Source: Protoeuglena noctilucae (Eukaryota). Taken from it: a stretch of DNA of 64,000 nucleotides. The DNA lies in NCBI GenBank assembly GCA_958009085.1, contig OY253673.1:620001-684000 (forward strand). The letters are read 5' to 3'. Shown piece after piece: positions 25,481 through 36,910 of this stretch (positions are counted from its first letter, which is position 1; each line of letters starts with the position of its first letter). The notes beneath the pieces were generated by a model, which was given only the letters and a program-made list of their open reading frames with translations, did not search any database and had not been told where the DNA came from. Both the position numbers and the translations under genes were made by a program.

Positions 25481-28400
25481 ATGTCGCAAGCCAAGGTCGA
25501 TCTCGCCGGGCTCCGGGAGTCGTTCAAAGCTCAGGTGCGTGCATTTAACGCGGGAGCCTCGCCGGCTCAGCCGCCACAGCCCCCGCGAAACAAGTGCATC
25601 GCAATATGTATGATGCACCGATGGCGACGAGAATCGGCCTTCGACCAGCACCGGCGAGGGCACGGATGTGATGGGGTTCGAGCCGAGGAGGGACGGCGTG
25701 TTCTCCCAGGGGACGATTTGCCGGCATCGCCGTGCTCATTCGCATCTTCTGTGAAACAGCGCGCTCCTGTCTCGGCGCGGCCCCACTTTGCGCTCCCTGC
25801 GGCGTGCCCAGGGCCCGACAAGCCATGCGTCCCTTTCTCACAGACCACCGCGGTCCAGAGCGCGATTGCCTCGCTGGTGGAATGCCAGGACTTCTTCAAG
25901 GAGCTTAAGATGAACTCCGAGTCGCTGTTCCAGGTTTTCGCGATGCAGCGGCAGAATCTCCTGCAGGTGAGAGAGGCCACGCAGATGGCCCTTGGCAGCT
26001 CGTCCGGGTCCTTCCCACGACGAGGGTGGTTTCGCACGACGCCAGCAAGCGCGGCTCGCTGACCCTCCCGCAGGGCATGCAGAGCGACGACTTTGATCAG
26101 GTCAGCTTCGCGAGCCTTGATGGGGACAGTCCACCGGCGTCGGGACCGGCCAGCGCGGGGCCTACCAGCATGGACGCGATCAAGATGGAGCAGTTGCAGC
26201 GGCAGGTGGAGGCGCTGAAGCTGCAGAACAAGAAGCTGGAGGCGGCGACCGCGTCGAGCTCGGCGAGCCGAGAGGTCGAATGGCTGACGGAGGAGAACCG
26301 GAAGCTCAAGGCTCGCGTCGCGGAGCTGATCGGCAAGAGCCAGGGCGCGTCGGACGAGGGCGCGGAGCTCCAGCAGCGGGCCGCGGAGCTCGAGCGGGAG
26401 GCTGAGTCGTTGCGGCGGAAGCTGGACGAGGCCGTGAGCGCCAGGTGGGAGGAGACGGGCGGCCGGCGGGACCCGGATGCGGTTCTTGCGGTGCCGGGCT
26501 AGTAGCTGAGCGAGCAGGCGCGGGCTGTGCACGCCCGTGGGGCGTGTGGCAGGCAGGTGTCGAATGGGATGCTTGGCGTTGGTCGCAGGGAGAGGCTGGA
26601 GCGCGAGGTGGGCGCGAATGCGGAGCAGGGCCGGTCCGAGGCGACACAGCTGGCGGCGGAGGTGTCGGAACAGCGGCGAAAGGCCGAGGATTTGGGCTCA
26701 AAGGTGCGCGGAGGGTCCCAAGCGCATGCAGTGGTCCTATGTGTCTCTGTTCTGTCTTTGTAGATGTCATGCGTGCCGTCTGCGCTCGCGCAGGTGGAGG
26801 CGCTGCAGCGACAGGTGCAGGACCTGACGGGGGAGCGGGACACGCTGCGCGCGAGGGCGCGAGAGCTGGAGGAGTCGCAGGGCCGGGAGCTCGCGGATCT
26901 GCGGTCGCGGGCAGAGACGGCGGAGCGGGAGGCCGCGGAGGCGCGGAGCGACCGCGACGCGGGGGCGGCGCGGGAGAAGAAGAACTCGCTGCAGCTTCGG
27001 ATGAAGCAGGCGGTGGGCGTGGCCATCATGGACGAGCTGGCGGCGCGGTGTCTCGCGGATAACTTCCGCCAGATGGCCGAGGGCGTGCGGGCGCAGCTGG
27101 AGCAGGAGCTGACCACGGACGTGCTGCGGAGCCTGACCGCGGCCCTGAGTCAGGTCGTGCAGCACGTGGCCATGGGCGAGTCCGCCAAGTGGCGCGAGCT
27201 CTACGGCCACGAGCACCGGTGCGCGTGGCGCGGGGCCCTGGACCCGGCCGGCCCTTGCTACCTGTTGCCATGGCGTGCCCTGGATGCACCTCTGGGTCTC
27301 TCGCCCCGTCCCTGCAGCGCGCGCAAGCGGATCCACGACGAGCTGATGGAGCTCAAGGGCAACATCCGCGTGTTCTGCCGCACCCGCCCCATGGACCAGC
27401 GCTTGGAAACTTTGGAGGGCCACTCGGTGGCGGTGCAAGTCGTGAACGACATGACGCTGCGGGCGGGCGAGAAGGGCCAGGCGATGCGGTCCTTTGACTT
27501 CGATTGCGTTTTCGGACCGGATTCGACGCAGGAGCAGGTGTTTGAGGAGGTTCAGCACCTCGTCACGTCCGTGCTCGATGGGTTCAATGTCTGCATCATG
27601 GCGTACGGGTGAGGCGGCACACGCACGCGCAGCTCGCGCGGTTGCGTGCGCGCTGGGACGCGTTCGGCTTGTCGCTCCTGTCGACCGGATGGACAAGGCG
27701 GTGGTCTGCTGCATCTGTGCGCATGCGCGCCTGCCCCGTGCCTGCACGCAGACAGACCGGCTCTGGCAAGACGCACACCATGGAGGGCCCTCCGGAAAAC
27801 CCCGGCGTCAACCTCCGCGCCCTCGAGCGTCTCTTCGAGGTGCGGAGCGCATTTGCAAGGCCGCTTGCCAGATTCCATGCCACTCGCCTGCACTGCCGGG
27901 TGACCCGGCACGTCGCTGCCCCGCAGGTGCGCGCGGCCAGGCGCGGGGCCAAGGAGATCGCCATCTTCGCCTCCGCGATCGAAATTTACAACGAGGCGGT
28001 TCGGGACTTGCTCAGTAAGGACCCGCAGGTCAGCTGCGTCGCGCTCACGATCTGCACGCCGCCCCGCTTCCCTCGCCTGCGCGCCCTGCGCTGACAAACG
28101 CGGCCCCTCGCTGTTCCGCGCGCAGAGGAAGCTGGAGATCAAGCAGGGTGCGGACGGGATGTTCGTGCAGGACCTCGTGCGTGTTCCTGTGGAGAGCAAG
28201 GACGACGTTCTGGCGCTGATGGCGCGTGCCAAGGGCAACCGCGCTACGTTCAGCACCAACATGAACGAGCACTCGTCGCGTTCGCACAGCATTCTGACCG
28301 TGTACATCGAGGCGAAGGACCAGTCGACGGGGGAGCAGACGCGGTCGAAGCTCCATTTGGTCGACTTGGCGGGGTCTGAGCGGCTGTCCAAGACGGGGGC

Positions 28401-28886
28401 CACCGGGGACCGACTGCTGGAGGCGCAGGCCATCAACAAGAGCCTCAGCGCGCTCGGGAACGTGATCGAGAGGCTGCAGCAGAAGCAACAGCACATCCCG
28501 TACCGCGACTCCCGCCTGACCTTCCTCCTCCAGGACTCCCTGGGGGGCAACTCCAAGACGCTCATGATCATGGCGGTGGTGAGTGCGCGCTTTGCTCCGC
28601 CTTGTCGATGTGCACGAGGGATGAGCTTGTGGGGCGCCGGGGGGTGCGCCACCCGTGCGGGCTCATCTGGAGCTGCCCGACTGAGAACGGATCTTTTCCG
28701 CCGCAGTCCCCGTCGTCGTTCAATGCCCAGGAGACCTTGTGCACGCTCAAGTTCGGGCAGCGGGCGATGAAGGTGGACCTGGGCAAGGCGACCAAGCGTC
28801 GTACAGCCCACGACGTCGAGCTGACGAGTGACGCTGCAGTGCGTGGCGAGGCAGCGAGCGGCGCCGACTGTTGCCTTGAATTGTGA
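25481..28886 (+). CDS. Kinesin-14 family (C-terminal motor) kinesin, about 10 exons
   Basis: Coiled-coil stalk followed by ELKGNIRVFCRTRP, SVLDGFNVCIMAYG|QTGSGKTHTM, EIYNEAVRDLL, MNEHSSRSHS, LVDLAGSER, INKSLSALG, HIPYRDSRLT, DSLGGNSKTLMI. Confidence 0.95.
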
Positions 28887-29404
28887 TGGATGACTGCTCA
28901 AGTCGCTCTTTGCGACACCGTGTGACCCGTGACTCTGACACAGTGGTTTCAATGGGGCCTTTTTTGAACATTGTGCTGCACCGAAGCTGGGTACAGGGGC
29001 CAGCAGCTGCTAGCGGGCAATGGGCGCCGGCAATGCCGTGCGCGGGGCAGCCGCCGCGCGTGGCAGGTCGCAACCGCTGGGCGCTCGCTGGAACGTCAGC
29101 CATGCCGTGTACATGCGAGAATCCCTATGCTGCACTCGAGTGCGCGTGGAATGGGCGAACAGGGCGGCGCGGCGCGACTGCAGAGGCGGCGTCAGGGGAA
29201 CCCCGCGAGCCGTGCGAGAGTCCCACCCATGGACTGCGCAGTCATCGCCGCTGCGAGGCGATCAGGCAAGGGTAGTTCCTAACCCGGCGCTCGGCGCTCT
29301 GCGCTCGTGCCGGCGGGGGTGACGGGCCGGTGGGTCCGGGCAAAGCGTCAGGACCCCGAGGGGATGACAGCGCCCGCATGCATGGAAGGTGCGCTGCCAA
29401 ACGC

Positions 29405-31098
29405 CTACGGACCGTCCTGAGGATGCATGAGGCCTTGCGGAGGCATGGACATGGGCAGGTGCGGCAGGCCTGGCCCTGCAGACGTCCCCACACCCAGCGG
29501 CAGTCCGCTTGCAAAGGCGTCCGACATCCCGGGTGCAGACACCGGCCCGGGCATCCCTGGCTGCGGCATACCCTGCGGGAAACGTGACACAGCGGGCGCT
29601 TCCCGAAAGAAAGCCTCCCCGGCACCCTGGGTTGGCATGATGCCCACTCCTATGCGGTCCTGACACGAGCAGGGGCCCACCTGCAGGTCCCCCATCGCTC
29701 CCATGCCCGGCAAGATGCTCTGCGCGGCCCCGGGCACCATCTGCGCGTGAGAGAGCCCCGCCGATCCCAGCCCAGGGCCAGCGCCGATGGCGTCTGGGAG
29801 TGCTTGGTAGGTGGAGGGGTGCGGGAAGGGCGGCTGCAGGCCGGCGTCCGTGAACGCCTTGTGCGCCTTCTCCAAATCCATCTTAAGCATCTTGTTCTCG
29901 TTGCGCTGCGGGGAGGGTCGGCAGCGAGGTGCGGAGGCCGTGCGCACCCTGTGCAGCTGCACCGCGAATGCCCGCGCCCCTGCCGCTGACCAGCATGTGG
30001 AGCTCCGTGTCCGGGCCCTTCGCGTCCATGCGCGACCGCATACTTGCAAACTCCTTTTCCCGCAACTCGAGATACTCCCGAATTTCCCCCGTCGCCATCG
30101 CACGCACAATCTTGGCCAGCGTGTTCCGACTTTGCTCCCCGCGCTTTCCCCTACCCCCCTGCGGAGCGCTCGGAACGTGCGTGCGTCGCGGGAAGCCCCG
30201 AGGGGTCGCCGATGTCCCCCTGGCTGCCATGGGAAGCACGGGCGTTAAATGGGAGCTCACCAAAAGCGGCCCCAGCAGCTTGCACTCCGCGACCAAAGCC
30301 TTCTCATGTTCCTTCGTCTCCAGGCGTCCCGAGAAGCGGCCCTGCGGGGAGCGCCGGTGCGCAGGGTCGCTGGAATTCTTCCCACCAGGACCGTCCCTCG
30401 CACCGCGCCTGTGGCGGCCCTCCGACTCCCCCAGGGCATCGAATATATTGTGGCGCTTGCAACGCAGAAGTCAGCGGGCCGAGCGCGGCCCTCGCCGTCC
30501 GGGGAAGACAGAGTCGGACACGCTGACCACCGCGCCGGGCCCAGTCACCTGGAGGTGCACCTTCTTCCGGGCGCCCGCGCGGCGCTCGTCGTCATCGTCC
30601 GAATCTGCGGTAGAAAGCGATTTGCGCGGGGATCGGCTCCCTGGGCCCCCCGATGGCCCCCGCGCCGGTGCAACCCACGAAACTCAAACACCGAGGACGG
30701 GGACCTGTGGCAGCGTGCGGCGGCCCTTGGCGCGGCGCGCGGGGGTCTGCGACATCGACAAAGCCCAACCCGCACCCACCGTGAACCCCGCCGACGCTGC
30801 CGCCCAGCAGGGAGGCCGGTTGCTGCCCATGCGACGGGATGCCCGCCCCCAACATATTGAGCGCCTCCGGCGTGTGGAAGATGTTGAAGGCCGGGTTGAA
30901 GCCGGGGAACAGCCCCATGGTGCCGTAGTGCAGCGGTGGGATGGGAAACTGGCCCTCCCCCATGGAGGACGGGAGAGGCATGCTCAACCCCGCGCTCTGG
31001 GCTCCAGGCAGGACCCCGAAGGACGCGAGGGGGGCGGGCGCCGCGGATCCGGGGGCGATCCCAGCCGACTGCGCCTCCGTCCCGGGCTTGGCCTCCAT
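29405..31098 (-). CDS. Multi-exon Pro/Gly/Met-rich protein with central basic-helical and coiled-coil region; possible transcription factor
   Basis: Low-complexity termini around spliced DSDDDDERRAGARKKVHLQ|GRFSGRLETKEHEKALVAECKLLGPLL|GGRGKRGEQSRNTLAKIVRAM...ELHML|RNENKMLKMDLEKA. The 3' end is uncertain. Confidence 0.55.
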
Positions 31099-31390
31099 GG
31101 CGGGCCGCTACCGGCCCCCGCCGGAGCCAGGTCGGGCTGGGGAGGGAGGAAATTGGTCCGACACGACCCGTGCGACGGGATGCAAGGTCCGCGGCAGCCG
31201 CGATGCCGACGAGAATGTGAAGGCTGCCCATCGCGCCCCCCCCGGCCAGCCGAAGTGACCGGCCGGGGACGCCAGAGCCCTCTGCCCGTCTGCTGTGTCG
31301 CGGGGGGATCGCCGATCTCGCGGGACCGCCGCCGCGCCCGACGCCCAGTGTTCGGGAAGCGCGTTGCGGTGTCGGGTAGCGCGATCCATC

Positions 31391-32906
31391 ATGTCGGGGC
31401 TCCTCAAGCAGGTGGCCCAGCAGGCCGCGCGCGGCCTGGCGACGAAGGGCTCCAGCGGGTCGCTGCCGCCCCGCAAGGTTGCCGTGTTGGGTGCGGCCGG
31501 CGGCATCGGGCAGCCGCTGTCCATGCTCATGAAGGTGGGGAGCGGGACGCCAGGCGACTCGACCCTCGCGCGCCCCGGGCCCGCCCCAGCGCTGCGGAGA
31601 GGGACGGTTGCGTTGATGGGTTGCACTTGCGGCAGGCATCGCGCCGGAGCCGGTGTCAACGCGTGCACGCCCTCGCTGTTCCCAGATGAACCCACTCGTT
31701 TCCGAGCTGGCGCTGTATGATATCGCCAACACTCCCGGGGTTGCGGCGGACGTGGGCCACATGAACTGCCGGGCGAAGGTCACGGTGAGGCGGGGGCCCC
31801 TTGCGCGGGAATCGCGCCCTCAAGCAACGGTACCGTTGGCCGGCCCCGGGGGACCCGGCGCGGGCCCCTGAGCGCGCGATCTCCCGGAAGCGGACTCATT
31901 CGTATCACATCAGCGAATTGGCGAAGGCGCGAGGCGCCTCACGCCCTGGCTACGCCCCGCGACGCACGCTCCCTCTCACTTCCCCTCTCCCGCGCCTCCC
32001 GGCGAGCCCCAGACCCCATGGTTCGTGTCACGTGCAGGGGTACGCGGGCGACGATCAGCTGGGCGCGGCTCTGAAGGGGGCGGACGTGGTCATCATCCCC
32101 GCCGGCGTTCCGCGCAAGGTGCGTGCGCAAGCAGTGGAAAGCCTGTCCCCGCCCCGCGCCCCGGCGCCGGGCGGTCGGCGAGGCGATCCGCTACTTCTCC
32201 TTCGCAGCCGGGCATGACCCGCGACGACCTCTTCAACATCAACGCGTCGATCGTGCGCAACCTGGTCGAGGCGGTGGGCAAGCACTGCCCCGGGGCCATC
32301 ATCAACATGATTTCCAACCCCGTCAACTCGACCGTCCCGATCGCCGCCGAGGTCCTCAAGAAGATGGGCGTGTACAACGCCCGCAAGCTCTGCGGCGTGA
32401 CCACGCTCGACGTCGTGCGCGCCAAGACCTTCTACGCCGAGCGCAAGGGCCTGAACGTGGCGGAAGTGGACATCCCGGTCGTCGGCGGCCACGCCGGCGT
32501 CACCATCCTGCCGCTCTTCTCCCAGGCGACCCCCCTGGTGCAGTTGACGGCCGAGGAGCGCGCCGAGCTGACGCAGCGCACCCAGGACGGCGGCACGGAG
32601 GTGGTGAACGCCAAGGCGGGCAAGGGCTCGGCGACGCTGTCCATGGCGTACGCGGGGGCCATCTTCGCCGACGCGTGCCTCAGCGGCCTCAACGGCGTGG
32701 CCGGCATCGAGCAGTGCGCGTACGTCCAGTCGGACGTGGAGCGGGTACCGTACTTCGCCTCCAAGTGCACGCTGGGCCCCGAGGGCGTGACCAAGGTGCA
32801 CCCGCTGGGCCCCCTCCACGAGTTCGAGAAGCAGGCGCTCGACAAGATGATCCCCGAGCTCGAGAGCTCCATCGCCAAGGGCATCAAGTTCGCGCGCGAG
32901 CCCTGA
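31391..32906 (+). CDS. MDH: NAD-dependent malate dehydrogenase, mitochondrial type, 4 exons
   Basis: Presequence-like N-terminus, [83 protein letters not shown]. Strongly biased codon usage. Confidence 0.97.
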
Positions 32907-33016
32907 GGGGCGAGGGGTCTTCTAGGGGCAGTCTCTCGCTCACGGGGCGTCGCAGCCGCAAGCCGTTGAAGAAAGGGAGAAAACCTGGGCGCTGCCTGGC
33001 ACCGGCGGGGCACGGC

Positions 33017-34046
33017 TCAGTCGGTCTTGTCGGAGCGGCGGAGGAGGCGCCGAAGGTAGACCACCGCCCCCGCGAAAAGTCCGTAGAACACCCAGTGGAC
33101 GACGAAGAAGACGGCGAACGTCCACTGCGGCGCAGCGGGGGTGCAGCGGGGTCCGGGAGCATTGCGCACCACGCTTCGGGGGGTGCTGGGCCACTGCCTG
33201 CACGCCGCTCACCCGCGCGTGTGGCAGCTCGTGGTCGAGGAACACGTAGATCCACCACCCGTGCCGCTGCCGGAACCACATGACGAAGAAGGTGTACGCC
33301 GCCGAGTAGAGCGACTGCACCCCGAAGAAGAGGCTCGGGGACAGGGGTACGTCCGTGAGGACGGCGTCCGCGAGGAGGAGGCCGAGGTTGCCGCCGTGCT
33401 GCAGGTTACTCGTCCAGTTGAACAGGAGCTGCTTGGCGACCCGCGTGACCTCCGGGTCTGCGTGGTTCCGGAGCATGGGCCACAGGAGCAGCCATGTGGT
33501 GAGCGTGACGTTGAGCGTGCTGCAGCCCAGCATGTTGAAGAGGGCCGTGACGGCGAAACCGAGCCTGGACATGTCCTTGGGCGGCTTGGGTCGCCCTTTG
33601 GCGTCGCCTTCCTTCCGTGCAGCGGCCGCCGCGTTGACCCTCCCCAAGTACCGCAGCGTGGCCGTCGCGGCCAGGAGGAAGTAGAGCGTCATGCAGCACC
33701 ACGTGAGGACGGTGAAGTACTTGAGCACAGCCGTCCCCCGCGCATAGAGCTGCAGGGCCACCACCGCGGCCCCGAGAAGGGCGCAGCAGGCACTGCGCAG
33801 GGGCAGAGAGACATATGAAGGCCAGAGATTTCGACGCATGCGATTTGGCATCTCCGTGCGCCATCCTCACCGGTACACGAACACATACTCGGGCTCCACG
33901 GCGCGAGACTCGGCCACCCACGCCTCCGGGTGCCTCCACACTGGCCCACTCCGCGACACCTGCAGTCCCAGGACCCACGCGCCGTGCCCTCCGCCCAAAA
34001 TCAACGTGGCCCAGCGCGGCCCGACCAGGCTAATATCGACAGGCAT
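33017..34046 (-). CDS. Multi-pass membrane protein, rolling stone/FAR-17a/AIG1-like (paralog A); may extend further 5'
   Basis: MPVDISLVGPRWATL, LKYFTVLTW, FNWTSNLQHGGN, WIYVFLDHELP. Last exon WTFAVFF...SDKTD* with stop at 33017-33019. Confidence 0.75.
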
Positions 34047-34350
34047 CTGCTTCTGCAGCGACACGCACGGTGAGCGAGCACACCGCGGACTCTGGCCAGG
34101 CCGACAGGCCACCACCCTGCTACCACGACCAGCAGCCTACTCTGGCGGCGTCTGGCCATGGCAAAGGGGCCTTCCGGTGTTGGTCGAAAACACAGTTCTG
34201 GCGTTTTCTGACGCATTGCCAAGCTCCCTGGCTTCGTCCGTCCATGCACATTCCCACTTTGACATGCTCTCCGTATCGCTGGAGGCTGCTGACGGCGATT
34301 TTTCCTCCCCTCTGCTGCCGTGGCGCCTCGTCGGGTCGTTGACGGCCGAT

Positions 34351-36592
34351 ATGAGCGACATTCAGAGCCCCATCGACGTGTATCTCGTCGTTAGTCGATG
34401 GGGTGTCCTCGCGGTGGCGTCGGCGATGTCGTGGCGCACGCTGTGGGCAGCTCAGCGTGTCGAAAGTTTCCACGCGCGCCCCGTCGATAAGGTCAGGGAA
34501 ACGGGACAGTTTCAGTATCGATACCTCAATATACACGCGTGGGTCGATCCGAATTGGCTTTGCATTGGCTCGTTGTGCGGCCCAGCGGTCGCCTCGAGAG
34601 GCCTGCCTCGTCGCCGGCCTAGGTCGCGAGCTTAGCCGGGGCTGGCGCCCTCGTCGAGTCGTGTGATTCTCTCCGTCTCGGTCAGGGTCTCAAGCTCGCA
34701 ACTTGGCCCCCCCCGCGCGCAGGAAGGCCCTTGCTTGCCCTTGCTTCTCACGTGGCGCCTCGCAATCACCCTCGTCGCTCTGAGCTTCGGAGTGCATCAC
34801 GTGTACATCAAGTGAGGATCAGCTTTCTGTCCGTCCGCGAAGCGGACCCTAACGGCGCGCCGGCGCGCGCGACGGGGCTACGGTCGAGTGCGCCCCACGG
34901 CGATCTTTTGCTCCCGGCCGAGCCCTTTGCCGCCGACCCTATCGCGCAGGGGCCCTCACATTCTGGTGTACTTCACCTCGGCCGCGTGGTGGGCACTGAC
35001 GGGCTACTTCGCAGTCGCCGCGGTAGCGACGATGCTTCGCATCCACGCTTGCCGTCGGGAAGCGAACCTGAGGGAGATTCTCGGCGTGAGCATCCCCGAG
35101 CAACCAAAAACCGCTGTCCCGGCCCCGAGCCTGCTGCGCGTCGATGAGGAGGGCGAGTGGGGCGAGGAGACGCCTTTGGGCGCTGAACTGGGCGCCCTCA
35201 AGTCGCCCTCGTCATCGTCGGCCCCGACGCTCAAGAACAGGCGAGCGCAGCGCCGTAACCTGACGCCGTTTCTGCAACCGCGCCCGCCCGCGCTCCAGGC
35301 CAACCCACCGCCCCGGCCCCTTTGCTGTGCAGTTTGGTGGGCTCGAGCATCCCTACGCCCCGGCTCGGCTCCCAGTCCCGTGCGCCGTCCTTGAGAGAGG
35401 AGGAGGTCTTGGATCTCGACGTCGACGTCGACATCGGCGTCGCGGAGGACCAAGGCCCCGCGAGCCCCACGCAGGCCTTCACAACCGTGTCGTTACTCTC
35501 GCTGGGTCTATCGGGGTCGCGGCCGTTCAGCGCAGAGACGCCACGGGGGACGCTCACGCTCGCGGGCGCTCCCCGGTGGCGCGGCATGGGCGTGGGCGGC
35601 GGGGCGCACGGCGAGGTGCTGTGCGCGCCGAGCGCCGGGGCCGGGATGGGCACGTACCGTGTGCTGGACGAGGCGACGGGCGTCGAGGTGGAGGTGGAGC
35701 TGACGTCGGAGGATGTGACGTTGATCCGACGGGGGGTGCTCCCGGAGGGACTGAAGCGGCGTTTCGGGAAGCAGGCGAGGGCGCGGCGGGCTGGGCAGCG
35801 GCGCTGGCCTTTCCGAGGTTCGATCATTTGATGGCTGACGGGATGACCCTCACGTGGCCGCAGTGGTCGGACGCTTGGCGGTGCCTGCGTGCGGCCGTGG
35901 GCGAGCAGCACCGCCGCGGCAAGCGCCTGGTTCACGCGGTGCGCGCGAGGCTGCCTGTGCGGGGCGTCGACTTGGCAGAGGCCAGCGCCGTGTTGCTCTT
36001 CAACATGGTCGGGGGCGTCGCGGTCATGGTGACCGTCCTCACACGGACCCTCTTGCTGCCCATGGTGAACGGCATGCCCGAGGGGAAGGAGAAGGCCGAT
36101 TGGCTCGCTTCCATCTTCAACGTCACCTCCTACATGCAACACGGCGGCAACGTGCTCTTGCTCCTCATCGACGCGTGCCTCGCGCCCACCATGCCCACCA
36201 GGTACGGGCACCGGCGTCACCGGTATCAGTCGCACTTCGCCCCATCCAGCACTTTTCCATCGTCAACCGAGCCTGCCCGTCTCGCACGCAGGTTCGATCT
36301 GGCCGCCAGCGGCGCGCTCTTCACGTCCGCGAACGGCGTCTTCATGATGATCTACATGGCCATCAACGGCGTGTGGCTCTACCCTTTCTTCGACCACCGG
36401 CTGCCAATTGCCAAGGTCGTCTTCCTGGCGCTCTATGCCGGGACCTGGGCATTTGTGGCTGCCTTCTTCGCCAAGGTCTGGGTCCTCCGTCGCGCCATCA
36501 AGATCGCCGCGTCCTGGGCCTCACGGACGGCCCTGCAAGTCACGCCCCCCGTCGCCAAGCCGCGACACCCCACCCTCGTCAAGGCTGCGTGA
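34351..36592 (+). CDS. Multi-pass membrane protein, rolling stone/FAR-17a/AIG1-like (paralog B) with a long internal insertion
   Basis: MSDIQSPIDVYLVVSRWGVL, LVYFTSAAWW, FNVTSYMQHGGN, WLYPFFDHRLP; motifs are collinear with paralog A. Confidence 0.7.
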
Positions 36593-36910
36593 GCGCCCAA
36601 CAGTCGCACGCGCGCCATCTGCCACGTACTCTCTTCACCTAGCATGCACCGTAGGCGGCCTGCCCCAATGGCGCCCCGTACATGCATCTCTCCGCACTCT
36701 GCCCATCTCAGGGGCCCGACCCTTGTGCCCGAGCTACGCAGGCGTCGCACTTGTGCACTGCGCGCCGTTTCACTCTCCTTGGTTTTGCCTTCCCTGTTCT
36801 ATAGAGCTACCGCTCTCCTCGTCACACACTCGCACTTCATCACTTAGCTACCGCGGCGTACGACTGCACCTCGTGCTCTGGCGTGGCCGGCGTTGAACTG
36901 GCGCCGCCCC

